Positions 9,931 to 19,071 of a DNA stretch of 49,822 bases are shown here, one piece after another (position 1 is the first letter of the stretch; every line of letters starts with the position of its first letter). The notes under the pieces were generated by a model, which worked only from the letters and a program-made list of their open reading frames with translations, had not been told where the DNA came from and ran no database searches. Source of the DNA: Flavobacteriaceae bacterium (GTDB taxonomy: Bacteria; Bacteroidota; Bacteroidia; Flavobacteriales; Flavobacteriaceae); assembly GCA_023262245.1 (NCBI GenBank), contig JALRDC010000117.1, positions 1 to 49,822 of the forward strand, given 5' to 3'. A program made the position numbers and the translations under genes.

Positions 9931-9999
9931 CTACAAAGTCCAGTTAGCTTCTGCGTAGAAGTAATAAAAGTCGTTATAGTAAAAAAATGTTGTTTTCAT
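9931..9999 (-). CDS. candidate Phe/Tyr-rich leader peptide of the pheA operon (22 aa, MKTTFFYYNDFYYFYAEANWTL)
   Basis: Hand translation of the minus strand gives ATG AAA ACA ACA TTT TTT TAC TAT AAC GAC TTT TAT TAC TTC TAC GCA GAA GCT AAC TGG ACT TTG TAG. Nine of the 11 codons at positions 5-15 are Phe or Tyr. The ORF sits between a promoter-like element and the attenuator hairpin, and is too short for the ORF track. Confidence 0.6.
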   Translation of the reverse strand: MKTTFFYYNDFYYFYAEANWTL

Positions 10000-10014
10000 T
10001 GTTTAAAATCTCAG

Positions 10015-10045
10015 CAAATGTACTATTGCTTTTATCAAAAACAAA
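10015..10045 (-). promoter_or_regulatory. Bacteroidetes-type promoter (-33 TTTG / -7 TAnnTTTG) for the pheA leader
   Basis: The minus strand reads TTTG (10045..10042), then 19 nt, then TACATTTG (10022..10015). The -7 box ends 15 nt upstream of the leader ATG. Confidence 0.5.
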
Positions 10046-10317
10046 TTTTTAGCGTTTTTTTTTAAAATTGTTTGAGAAGAACTTCCTAAATCAAGTTTTA
10101 AATTGAAAAAAAATCCCTAAACCGAAAAAAATATGGAATCCCCTAAACTGACCTAGATCAATTACAGCGATGGTTATAAAATAAATTAAAGGACTAATGA
10201 GGCGAGAACGGAAGTAGGATGGCGAACTTTGGTAAGAGAACTACTCATTACTTTTTAAAACAGTAATGAATAGTTATTGAAAAGAAGTATCTTATCCTTT
10301 ATTTAAAAATCATTTCT

Positions 10318-11445
10318 TTGCTTGAAGCTTTCGTAATTGTATTAGTAACTGTTCTGCTGATCCTTTTTTTAGAAAAGTGGGACAAGGTTTGGATTAAAAA
10401 GTTCTTCAATTGGATTCCATCGATTCTCTTAGCCTACTTAATTCCTGCTATAATTTCTAGTATTTTAAATCAAGATTACAGTCAAATTGAAATCCATGAT
10501 TGGAGTAAGACGGTGTTCATCCCTATGGCTGTATTAGCAGTTATGAGCAGTTTGTCTATAAATCAACTAAAAGCTATAGGATGGAAACCCATCGTTGTTT
10601 TTGTTTCAGGTTCTTTTTGGATTGCATTATTCCCAGTTGCTTTTGTATATCTATTTCAACATACTTCTATGGTCTCTGAGCTTTTTGTAAAACAAGAGGT
10701 CTGGAAAGCCATCCCCCCAGTAGTAGGAAGTTGGATTGGGGGAAGTACAAGTCAATTGGTTCTTAAGGAGGTGGTAGCCTGTTCGGAAGCTTTGTTTTTG
10801 ACTGTTCTGGTTTTGGATAACATCTTGGTTAATCTTTGGACGATTGGGATGTTTCAAAATATTAAAAGAAGTGCCTTTTTTAATCGTTTGTTAAAGATCA
10901 ATGCCCTGTCGCTTCCCGAAGAAATTAAAGATAGTCCAGACAAAAAAACGAACCCTTTGATCACCTTTATAGTGCTTCTAGCATTAGTTTATGGGGTTGA
11001 GTTAAGCTTCACCTCTTTTGTGGGGAAGATTGTAGTTTTATCTTTTCTAGGATTGGGATTGGGATTCTTCATTAAATCTTGGAACAGCAAATTCATTTTA
11101 AAATTGGGCAGTTTCCTTATTTTAGTTGTAATGGCAGTTTTGGGATTAAAACTGCGCTTTGAACTCTTACAATTTGATCCTTTTTTTGTTGGATTTCTGG
11201 TCTTGTGGTTGTTCAGTCATTTTGTATTCATGCTGGGGGTAGCAAAACTTCTAAATGTCAATGCCGCATGGGTGCCCATAGCAAGTATGGCAAATGTTGG
11301 CGGAATAGCAACAGCTCCCGCGGTTACAGCTGCTTATGAAAAAAAGTGGATGCCCCATGCCATCATTTTGGCGGTGTTGAGCATGGCAAGTGGAACCTTT
11401 TGGGGTTTGCTGACCATTAGTCTTTTTCGTTTCTTTATACTTTAA
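10318..11445 (+). CDS. DUF819-like polytopic membrane protein (putative transporter)
   Basis: 375 aa and highly hydrophobic, with motifs GSWIGGSTSQ and NVGGIATAPAVTAAY reminiscent of DUF819/YjcL proteins. The start codon is TTG at 10318, so the true start is uncertain. Confidence 0.55.
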   Translation: MLEAFVIVLVTVLLILFLEKWDKVWIKKFFNWIPSILLAYLIPAIISSILNQDYSQIEIHDWSKTVFIPMAVLAVMSSLSINQLKAIGWKPIVVFVSGSFWIALFPVAFVYLFQHTSMVSELFVKQEVWKAIPPVVGSWIGGSTSQLVLKEVVACSEALFLTVLVLDNILVNLWTIGMFQNIKRSAFFNRLLKINALSLPEEIKDSPDKKTNPLITFIVLLALVYGVELSFTSFVGKIVVLSFLGLGLGFFIKSWNSKFILKLGSFLILVVMAVLGLKLRFELLQFDPFFVGFLVLWLFSHFVFMLGVAKLLNVNAAWVPIASMANVGGIATAPAVTAAYEKKWMPHAIILAVLSMASGTFWGLLTISLFRFFIL

Positions 11446-12324
11446 ATGAAAGCCACACAAGCTAAAAATCCGCATTTATACTACCTCGTCTTATTAAACC
11501 TAGGGATGCTTTTCATCAGTACCTCAGGAGTATTGGGTCGTTATATTGCCTTGCCTCCTCCCGTTTCTATTTGGGTGCGTTCCCTTATTGCCTTAGTCCT
11601 TTTGATACTTTATGCATATTATAAAAAATTTAACTTCAAAATCAATTGGAAAAACCACACAAACGCTGTTTGGTGGAGTGGTTTTCTTATGGCCGTACAT
11701 TGGATCACCTACTTTTTTGCCCTTCAATGGAGCAATGTTGCTATTGGAATGTTGTCGCTTTTTACCTATCCCATCATGACCGTTTTTTTAGAACCTTTTT
11801 TTATTCCGGTGAAGCTTCAAAAAATGCATTTGATCTTGGGTGGACTCATCATACTTGGTATTTATTTTTTAGTTCCTGCCTTTGACCTCAAAAATTCAGG
11901 AACGCAAGGTTTATTGATCGGATTATTTTCAGCCTTAGCTTATGCATTGCGAAATTTGATTTTAAAAAAACACAATGCGATGGGCAATGGCTCCATACAA
12001 ATGATCTATCAATTAGGGGTTGTAGTAGTTCTTTTGGCTCCTGTGCTATGGCTTTATCCAGATGCTGACATTCTTTCTCAATGGCCCTATTTGTTTATTT
12101 TGGGAGCAATTACTACGGCCTTGGGTCACACCCTGTTTTTAAGTAGCTTTTCTTATTTTAATATAAGTACGGCGAGTATTATGAGTAGTATTCAACCCCT
12201 TTTTGGAGTACTTTTAGGGGCTCTTTTTCTAAATGAAATCCCAACCCTAAAAAGTGTGATTGGCGGAGTGCTTATTTTAACTACCGTCCTAATAGAAAGT
12301 AAAAGATCCAACGCAAAAAAATAA
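11446..12324 (+). CDS. EamA/DMT-superfamily transporter
   Basis: 292 aa with about 10 predicted hydrophobic helices arranged as two EamA-like halves. Its ATG directly abuts the upstream stop (TAAATG). Confidence 0.7.
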   Translation: MKATQAKNPHLYYLVLLNLGMLFISTSGVLGRYIALPPPVSIWVRSLIALVLLILYAYYKKFNFKINWKNHTNAVWWSGFLMAVHWITYFFALQWSNVAIGMLSLFTYPIMTVFLEPFFIPVKLQKMHLILGGLIILGIYFLVPAFDLKNSGTQGLLIGLFSALAYALRNLILKKHNAMGNGSIQMIYQLGVVVVLLAPVLWLYPDADILSQWPYLFILGAITTALGHTLFLSSFSYFNISTASIMSSIQPLFGVLLGALFLNEIPTLKSVIGGVLILTTVLIESKRSNAKK

Positions 12325-12357
12325 CTGAAAGAAAATGTATCTTTAAATAAAACTTAC

Positions 12358-13251
12358 ATGAGTCTAATTTTAGAAGGGGTAGCAAAAAAATTTGGAGAAC
12401 TCCAAGCCTTAAAGGGGGTCTCCATCCACTTAAAAAAAGGAGAGGTCGTAGGCCTTTTAGGTCCTAATGGTGCTGGAAAATCTACTCTCATGAAAATTTT
12501 AACAGGTTACTATACCGAATGGGAAGGAAGTGTAGTTTTTTATGATAAAGATTTAAAAACAGAACGTAGAACCATACAAAAGGAGGTAGGTTATTTAACC
12601 GAAAACAACCCACTCTATCCCGAAATGTATGTAAAAGAGTATTTAGATTACGTTGCCGAACTCTATCGGCTAAAAAACCCTCCTGTAGAAGCTCTGATAA
12701 ATCAAACAGGCTTGGAAGACCATAAAAAGAAAAAGATTCAAACCTTATCTAAAGGCTATAAGCAACGCGTTGGACTGGCAGCAGCCCTGTTACACAATCC
12801 GAAATTAATCATACTCGATGAACCCACAACGGGCCTCGATCCAAATCAACTGGTAGAAATTCGAAAATTGATTCGAAATTTAGGCAAAGACAAAACAGTC
12901 TTACTGTCTACCCATATTTTACAAGAAGTAGATGCTCTTTGCGATCGGGTACTGATTATTAATAAAGGTGAAATTGTTTTAGATGAGCGGATGGAAAACC
13001 TTAGAAAGGATCAAAAACAAATCATTGAAGTTAGTTTTGATTATCGTGTGGAGACTGAGGCGTTAGCAAGAATTCCAAACGTACAACAGGTGAGAAACCC
13101 TCATGATTTTGATTACGAATTACAACTGAAGGAAAAAAAAGACATGCGCCCAGCTGTTTTTGATTTTGCCCATGACAACGGTCTTAAAATCCTAAAGCTC
13201 CAATTAAAAAATGAAAGCTTAGAAAAGGTGTTTAAATCCCTTACATCCTAA
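12358..13251 (+). CDS. gldA: ABC transporter ATP-binding protein, GldA-like (gliding-motility-associated)
   Basis: 297 aa with Walker A GPNGAGKST, the signature LSKGYKQRV and Walker B LIILDEPT. The N-terminal region and length resemble flavobacterial GldA. Confidence 0.65.
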   Translation: MSLILEGVAKKFGELQALKGVSIHLKKGEVVGLLGPNGAGKSTLMKILTGYYTEWEGSVVFYDKDLKTERRTIQKEVGYLTENNPLYPEMYVKEYLDYVAELYRLKNPPVEALINQTGLEDHKKKKIQTLSKGYKQRVGLAAALLHNPKLIILDEPTTGLDPNQLVEIRKLIRNLGKDKTVLLSTHILQEVDALCDRVLIINKGEIVLDERMENLRKDQKQIIEVSFDYRVETEALARIPNVQQVRNPHDFDYELQLKEKKDMRPAVFDFAHDNGLKILKLQLKNESLEKVFKSLTS

Positions 13252-14204
13252 AACACCTCTTTTGCAATGGCCTTGATATTATCCGCTTTTCCCATAGAAT
13301 AATAATGTAAAAAAGGAACGCCAGCGGCTTTGAGTTCTTTACTCTGTTCAATACACCAATCTATCCCCACCTGACGCACGGCTTTGTTGTCCTTACATCG
13401 AATGACTTCTTTAATAAGAGGCTCGGGAAGATCCACATGAAAACGGTGTGGAATCAAATTTAGTTGTTTTAGCGTGGAAAGCGGTTTAAGCCCCGGAATA
13501 ATAGGTACTTCAATCCCTTCAGCTCTTGCAAGAGCGACAAATTCAAAATACTTCTGGTTGTCAAAAAACATTTGAGTAACTACATAGTCTGCGCCCGCTT
13601 CAATTTTTTTCTTTAAAAAATGTAAATCACTTGCTAAACTTGGTGCTTCCATATGCTTTTCGGGATATCCAGACACCCCAATACAAAAATCTGTTGGGTT
13701 TGAATTTAGAATTTCATGGTCAAGATAGATCCCTTTGTTCAAATCGGCGATTTGACTTACTAACTCATTGGCATAGCGATGACCGTCTTCGAAAGGAGTA
13801 AAATAGGTCTCTGTTTTAACAGGGTCTCCACGAAGTGCGACAAGGTTTTGAATCCCTAAAAAATCAAGGTCGATCAGAAAATTCTCAGTATCTTCTTTTG
13901 TAAATCCTCCGCAAAGAATGTGCGGTACCGCATCTACATTATACTTTGATTGTATCGCAGCACAAATCCCTACCGTTCCTGGGCGTTTACGTATAATTTT
14001 CTTTTCAAGTAAGCCCTTTCCCACTTCCTTATAAACATGTTCTTCTCTGTGATAAGTTACGTCTATAAAGGGAGGATTAAATTCCATTAACATGTCTAGA
14101 GCTTCAAAAATCGAATTGATATTTTGACCTTTGAGGGGAGGCAAAATTTCAAATGTAAATTGGGTCTGCCCTTTTGCGTTTGCTATATGTTCGGTGATTT
14201 TCAT
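13248..14204 (-). CDS. metF: 5,10-methylenetetrahydrofolate reductase
   Basis: 318 aa. The FEILPP start and the motifs VALRGD and GIPIIPG-like are typical of MetF. It is the last gene of the met operon. Confidence 0.85.
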   Translation of the reverse strand: MKITEHIANAKGQTQFTFEILPPLKGQNINSIFEALDMLMEFNPPFIDVTYHREEHVYKEVGKGLLEKKIIRKRPGTVGICAAIQSKYNVDAVPHILCGGFTKEDTENFLIDLDFLGIQNLVALRGDPVKTETYFTPFEDGHRYANELVSQIADLNKGIYLDHEILNSNPTDFCIGVSGYPEKHMEAPSLASDLHFLKKKIEAGADYVVTQMFFDNQKYFEFVALARAEGIEVPIIPGLKPLSTLKQLNLIPHRFHVDLPEPLIKEVIRCKDNKAVRQVGIDWCIEQSKELKAAGVPFLHYYSMGKADNIKAIAKEVF

Positions 14205-14226
14205 TTATTCTATTCTAAAATTTTTA

Positions 14227-16905
14227 TTACTCTGCCAAATTGGGACTGAGCCATTTTCGAGCTTCTTCTATGTTTATTCCTCTTCGTTTACTGTAAGACA
14301 ACAATTGGTCTTCTTTAATCTTACCCAATCCAAAATATTGCGCTTGAGGGTGCGCAAAATAATATCCAGATACCGATGAAGCTGGCCACATAGCCAAACT
14401 TTCGGTTAATTTTACACCGATGGTTTCTTCTACATCTAAAAGCTTCCAAAGGGTTTTTTTCTCTAAATGATCTGGACATGCCGGATAGCCAGGAGCAGGA
14501 CGAATACCGCTATAGTTTTCTCGAATCAGCTCTTCATTTGTAAGTGCTTCTTTTACAGCGTATCCCCAATAATGGGTCCGTACTCTTAAATGCAAATATT
14601 CTGCAAAAGCTTCTGCAAGACGATCCGCAAGAGCCTTGAGCATAATGGAACTGTAATCGTCGTTTTCAGCTTCAAAACGTTTTGCTATTTCATCAGTTCC
14701 AAAGCCTGCAGTTACACAAAAAGCTCCCATATAGTCAGGTTTACCATTTAATTTAGGAGCTATAAAGTCTGAAAGTGCAAGATTGGGATGTCCGCTGCGT
14801 TTTTTTAGTTGTTGCCGTAAAGTAAGCCACTGTACGCTTACCTCCTTACGAGCCTCGGTTTTATAGACCTCAATATCGTCTCCTACAGCATTTGCTGGAA
14901 AGAGACCAAAACGAGCTTTGGCGGTTAACCATTCCTTTTTAATAATTTTATCTAGCATCGTTTGAGCGTCTTCAAACAAGACACGGGCTTGTTCTCCTAC
15001 TACCTCATCTTTTAAAATCTCGGGGTACTTTCCATGCAAATCCCAGGAACGAAAAAAGGGAGTCCAATCGATAAAAGGAACTAAATCAGTTAGGGATTGG
15101 TTTTCTATTGTATGATTCCCTAGAGCTTTTGGCTTTACTGCTTCAAAGTTATCCCAGTCAATTGGGAATTTATTTTTTTGGGCCTCTTTTAGGGGAATAT
15201 AGGATTTAGCTGCAGTTCGTTCTAAAAATTTGGCTTTAAATATTTCGTATTCTTCTCGAATTTGAAGCGTGTAAGCTTCTCTTTTATCTTTTTGCAAAAG
15301 ATTACTCACTACTCCTACTGCTCGGGAAGCGTCATTAACATGGATAACTGGAGCTTGAGATTGAGGTGCAATCTTAACGGCTGTGTGGGCTTTAGAGGTG
15401 GTGGCTCCACCTATCAAAACGGGAATCTTAATGTTTTGGCGATCTAGCTCTTTGGCCAAATAAACCATTTCATCAAGAGAAGGAGTGATGAGTCCGGAAA
15501 GTCCTATCACATCTACCTGTTCTTCTATTGCCCTCTGAATTATAATTTCTGGAGGTACCATAACCCCTAAATCTACAATTTCATAATTGTTACAAGCCAG
15601 AACAACACTTACGATATTTTTCCCAATGTCATGCACGTCTCCTTTGACCGTTGCCATAAGTACTTTTCCTGCATATTGCGTACCTACGGTCTTTTCAGCT
15701 TCGATAAAAGGCTGTAAATAGGCCACCGCTTTTTTCATTACTCTTGCAGATTTAACCACCTGTGGAAGAAACATTTTTCCAGCTCCAAATAAATCTCCAA
15801 CTACGTTCATGCCGTCCATCAAAGGACCTTCGATTACCTCTATTGGTTTTTTTGCTTCCAGACGAGCTTCTTCTGTATCCTCTTCTATAAAGGTGTCTAT
15901 CCCTTTAATTAAAGCATGTGCTAATCGTGATTTTAGGTCTTCTTTTCTCCAAGCATCATCAGTTTTTTTAGCTCCTTTATGAATCTGAACGATGTTTTCA
16001 GAAAATTCTAGTAAACGTTCTGTAGCATCCTCTCTCCGATCCAGCAGTACGTCTTCGACATATTCCATCAAATCTTTAGGTACTTCATCGTAAACTTCCA
16101 AAAGTGAGGGGTTAACAATACCCATATTCATCCCATGCTGAATAGCATGATATAGAAATGAAGCATGCATTGCTTCTCTAACGGTATTATTTCCTCGAAA
16201 AGAAAAGGAAACATTACTTACTCCTCCACTTACATTGGCATGAGGTAAATTATCACGTATCCACTTTGTTGCATGAAAAAAGTCCAAGGCATTTTTGCGA
16301 TGTTCTTCCATACCCGTGGCTACTGGAAAAATGTTTGGATCAAAAATGATGTCTTCTGGTGGAAAACCTACTTGCTCAACAAGAATTTTATAGGAGCGAT
16401 CACAGATTTCGATACGTCTTTCTAAATCATCTGCTTGTCCTTTTTCGTCAAAGGCCATTACAATTACCGCAGCTCCGTATTTTTTTATGGTTTGTGCTTG
16501 ACTAATAAAAGTTGCTTCTCCTTCCTTTAAACTAATGGAATTTACGACACCCTTACCTTGAACCACTTTTAATCCTGCCTCTATGATCTCCCATTTGGAA
16601 CTATCAATCATAACGGGAACACGAGCAATATCTGGTTCAGCTGCAATTAGATTTAAAAAGGTGGTCATTGCCTGTACCCCATCAATCATGCCTTCATCCA
16701 TATTGACGTCGATGATTTGAGCACCACCCAAAACTTGTTCTCTTGCTATTTCAAGGGCATCTTGATATTGTTGGTTTTCTATAAGCCTTAAAAATTTTCT
16801 AGATCCTGTCACATTGGTTCGCTCTCCCACATTTACAAAGTTTGTGTCCTCGGTAATGATCAAAGGTTCTAATCCAGAAAGTAAAAGGGGTTTCTTTTTA
16901 ATCAT
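14227..16905 (-). CDS. metH: methionine synthase, pterin-binding / cobalamin-binding / AdoMet-activation domains (MetH without its Hcy domain)
   Basis: It has the B12-binding motif [11 protein letters not shown] (DxHxxG) and pterin-binding and reactivation-domain sequence ([10 protein letters not shown]). The probable start is the ATG at 16905 (MIKKKPLL), giving an 8-nt overlap with the upstream gene. The track start at 16947 is less likely. Confidence 0.85.
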   Translation of the reverse strand: MIKKKPLLLSGLEPLIITEDTNFVNVGERTNVTGSRKFLRLIENQQYQDALEIAREQVLGGAQIIDVNMDEGMIDGVQAMTTFLNLIAAEPDIARVPVMIDSSKWEIIEAGLKVVQGKGVVNSISLKEGEATFISQAQTIKKYGAAVIVMAFDEKGQADDLERRIEICDRSYKILVEQVGFPPEDIIFDPNIFPVATGMEEHRKNALDFFHATKWIRDNLPHANVSGGVSNVSFSFRGNNTVREAMHASFLYHAIQHGMNMGIVNPSLLEVYDEVPKDLMEYVEDVLLDRREDATERLLEFSENIVQIHKGAKKTDDAWRKEDLKSRLAHALIKGIDTFIEEDTEEARLEAKKPIEVIEGPLMDGMNVVGDLFGAGKMFLPQVVKSARVMKKAVAYLQPFIEAEKTVGTQYAGKVLMATVKGDVHDIGKNIVSVVLACNNYEIVDLGVMVPPEIIIQRAIEEQVDVIGLSGLITPSLDEMVYLAKELDRQNIKIPVLIGGATTSKAHTAVKIAPQSQAPVIHVNDASRAVGVVSNLLQKDKREAYTLQIREEYEIFKAKFLERTAAKSYIPLKEAQKNKFPIDWDNFEAVKPKALGNHTIENQSLTDLVPFIDWTPFFRSWDLHGKYPEILKDEVVGEQARVLFEDAQTMLDKIIKKEWLTAKARFGLFPANAVGDDIEVYKTEARKEVSVQWLTLRQQLKKRSGHPNLALSDFIAPKLNGKPDYMGAFCVTAGFGTDEIAKRFEAENDDYSSIMLKALADRLAEAFAEYLHLRVRTHYWGYAVKEALTNEELIRENYSGIRPAPGYPACPDHLEKKTLWKLLDVEETIGVKLTESLAMWPASSVSGYYFAHPQAQYFGLGKIKEDQLLSYSKRRGINIEEARKWLSPNLAE

Positions 16906-17902
16906 TATTTGAACTTTTTGGATTTCTAGGAGGGTATTTTTTTGCAAGTTCAGCTATCTGGCGAATGTGTTCTGGGGTAGTACCACAACAGCCCCCAATT
17001 ATGTTAACCACGTCTTGTTTTAAATAAGCCTCAATAAGATCTCTCATTTCTTCGGGAGACTGATCATATGCTCCAAAAGCATTTGGCAGCCCTGCATTAG
17101 GATGAGCGGAAATAAACACATCACTCTGATTGGAAAGTCTTTTGATATAGGGTAATAATTGGTCGGCACCCAAAGCACAATTAAATCCAATACTTAAAAC
17201 AGGATGGTGGCTGAGCGAGATGCGAAAAGCTTCTACTGTTTGTCCGGAAAGTGTTCTTCCACTAGCATCAGTTATCGTCCCGCTAACCATTACGGGTATT
17301 TCAGACTTTTTTTCTGTTTTGATCTCTTGAATAGCATACAAAGCGGCTTTAGCATTGAGGGTGTCGAAAATCGTTTCTACTAAAAGTAAATCAGCTCCTC
17401 CCTCAACCAAACCTAAAGTTTGTTCTTTATAAGCACTTACTAATTCATCAAATTCTACCGCCCTAAATCCAGGATCGTTTACATCTGGTGACATACTGGC
17501 TGTCTTATTTGTAGGGCCTATGGATCCGGCAACATAACGTTTTTGATCGGGAGTTTTTTCTTGATATTCTAAGGTTACTTCCTTAGCTATTTTAGCACTT
17601 TCATAATTTAATTCATAAGCCAAATTTTCCATTTGGTAGTCAGCCATTCCTATAGAGGTAGATGAAAATGTATTGGTTTCTATGATATCGGCACCAGCAT
17701 CTAAATAAGCACGATGAATACCTTTGATAATCTCAGGTTGTGTTATAGAAAGCAAATCATTATTTCCTTTTAAGGTGCAGGGATGATCTTTAAATCGCTG
17801 AGCTCTAAAGTCCTCTTCCTCAAGGGTATGAGTTTGAATCATGGTTCCCATAGCGCCATCTAAAACCAATATTCTTTTCATTAAGTCCCTTTCAATACTC
17901 AT
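16898..17902 (-). CDS. homocysteine S-methyltransferase domain protein (N-terminal module of split MetH)
   Basis: 334 aa with motifs LDGAMGT, ETNTF and the zinc-ligand region [11 protein letters not shown]. It lies directly upstream of the metH body and overlaps it. Confidence 0.85.
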   Translation of the reverse strand: MSIERDLMKRILVLDGAMGTMIQTHTLEEEDFRAQRFKDHPCTLKGNNDLLSITQPEIIKGIHRAYLDAGADIIETNTFSSTSIGMADYQMENLAYELNYESAKIAKEVTLEYQEKTPDQKRYVAGSIGPTNKTASMSPDVNDPGFRAVEFDELVSAYKEQTLGLVEGGADLLLVETIFDTLNAKAALYAIQEIKTEKKSEIPVMVSGTITDASGRTLSGQTVEAFRISLSHHPVLSIGFNCALGADQLLPYIKRLSNQSDVFISAHPNAGLPNAFGAYDQSPEEMRDLIEAYLKQDVVNIIGGCCGTTPEHIRQIAELAKKYPPRNPKSSNND

Positions 17903-17907
17903 CGTTT

Positions 17908-19071
17908 CTAATTTAAAGCGTTTTTTAAATCTTCCCAGATGTCCTCTGGATGTTCTAAGCCTACTGATAACCGAATCATTCCTCCTGTAATCCCCACTGC
18001 TAGTTGATCCTCCTCAGAAAGTTTACTGTGGGTAGTTGATGCAGGATGGGTCACTATGGTTCTTGAATCACCCAGATTGGCGGAGCGAGAACACATTTGA
18101 ATTTTATCGATAAACTTTCGTCCTGCTTCTAGTCCTCCTTTGAGTTCAAAGGAAATGATATTGCCTCCCAATTTCATTTGCTTCTTTGCTAAATCGTATT
18201 GAGGATGAGATTTTAGAAAGGGATATTTAACCCAATTAATTCCCTCTTGCGCTTCCAACAATTGAGCAAGTTGAAATGCGTTTTGACAATGACGATCCAT
18301 ACGAACAGCCAGTGTCTCAAGACTTTTGGATAAAATCCAGGCGTTGAAAGGAGAAAGTGAAGAGCCTGTATTTCTTGCAAACAAATACAACTCGCGAATC
18401 AGTTCTTTTTTCCCTACAGTTACTCCTCCTAAAACACGTCCCTGCCCATCTATAAGTTTGGTTGCTGAATGAATTACCAAATCGGCTCCGTAGCGGATCG
18501 GTTGTTGAAGGTAAGGGGTTGCAAAACAATTATCTACTATAAATAAAAGCTTATGTTTTTTAGCAATTTTACCCAAAACTTCAAGATCCAATACAGCCAA
18601 TCCTGGATTGGTAGGAGATTCGACATAAATGCATTTTGTATTGGGTTGAATCAATTCCTCAACAGTCTCTAGTTGCTCTACAGAAAAATAAGTAGTTGCA
18701 ATCTCCCACCTAGGAAAATACTTAGTAAACAGACTGTGGGTTGAGCCGAAGACTGCACGTGCGGAAAGGAGGTGATCTCCGGCCTTTAAAAAAGTAGCAA
18801 ACGTACTGAAAACTGCTCCCATACCACTAGCAAAAGCAACACCTTCTTCTGCCCCTTCCATCCGGCAAATTTTATCAGTAAACTCTGAGGTGTTGGGATT
18901 GGAAAAGCGACTGTATATATTGCGCTCTTTTTCTTCTGCAAAGGAGGCTCTCATTTCTTCAGCATCCTCAAAAACAAAACTCGATGTAAGATATAAAGGA
19001 CTGGAATGTTCTGAAAAAGTGGACCGATCCATTTGGGTTCGAATCGCTGTTGTTTCAAAATTTGAACTCAT
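17908..19071 (-). CDS. Cys/Met-metabolism PLP enzyme (O-succinylhomoserine sulfhydrylase / cystathionine gamma-synthase-like)
   Basis: 387 aa with the PLP-lysine motif HSATKLIDGQG and the C-terminal IRLSVGLE. Whether it is MetZ or MetB cannot be decided by eye. Confidence 0.75.
   Translation of the reverse strand: MSSNFETTAIRTQMDRSTFSEHSSPLYLTSSFVFEDAEEMRASFAEEKERNIYSRFSNPNTSEFTDKICRMEGAEEGVAFASGMGAVFSTFATFLKAGDHLLSARAVFGSTHSLFTKYFPRWEIATTYFSVEQLETVEELIQPNTKCIYVESPTNPGLAVLDLEVLGKIAKKHKLLFIVDNCFATPYLQQPIRYGADLVIHSATKLIDGQGRVLGGVTVGKKELIRELYLFARNTGSSLSPFNAWILSKSLETLAVRMDRHCQNAFQLAQLLEAQEGINWVKYPFLKSHPQYDLAKKQMKLGGNIISFELKGGLEAGRKFIDKIQMCSRSANLGDSRTIVTHPASTTHSKLSEEDQLAVGITGGMIRLSVGLEHPEDIWEDLKNALN

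Noticed and set aside
10190-10262. Mini-ORFs in the pheA/DUF819 spacer: on the plus strand MRRERK* and MANFGKRTTHYFLKQ*, and on the minus strand MSSSLTKVRHPTSVLASLVL*.
   Set aside because: They show no amino-acid bias related to neighbouring genes and have no associated promoter or terminator logic. ORFs of this length are expected by chance. Only the F/Y-rich ORF at 9931..9999 has supporting context.
16898-16947. The apparent 50-nt overlap between the two metH parts could indicate a frameshifted metH pseudogene.
   Set aside because: Using the internal ATG at 16905 reduces the overlap to 8 nt. Both parts are intact with their catalytic motifs, and the break is at the domain boundary. It is treated as a natural split gene, although a homopolymer sequencing error near 16891..16900 should still be excluded.
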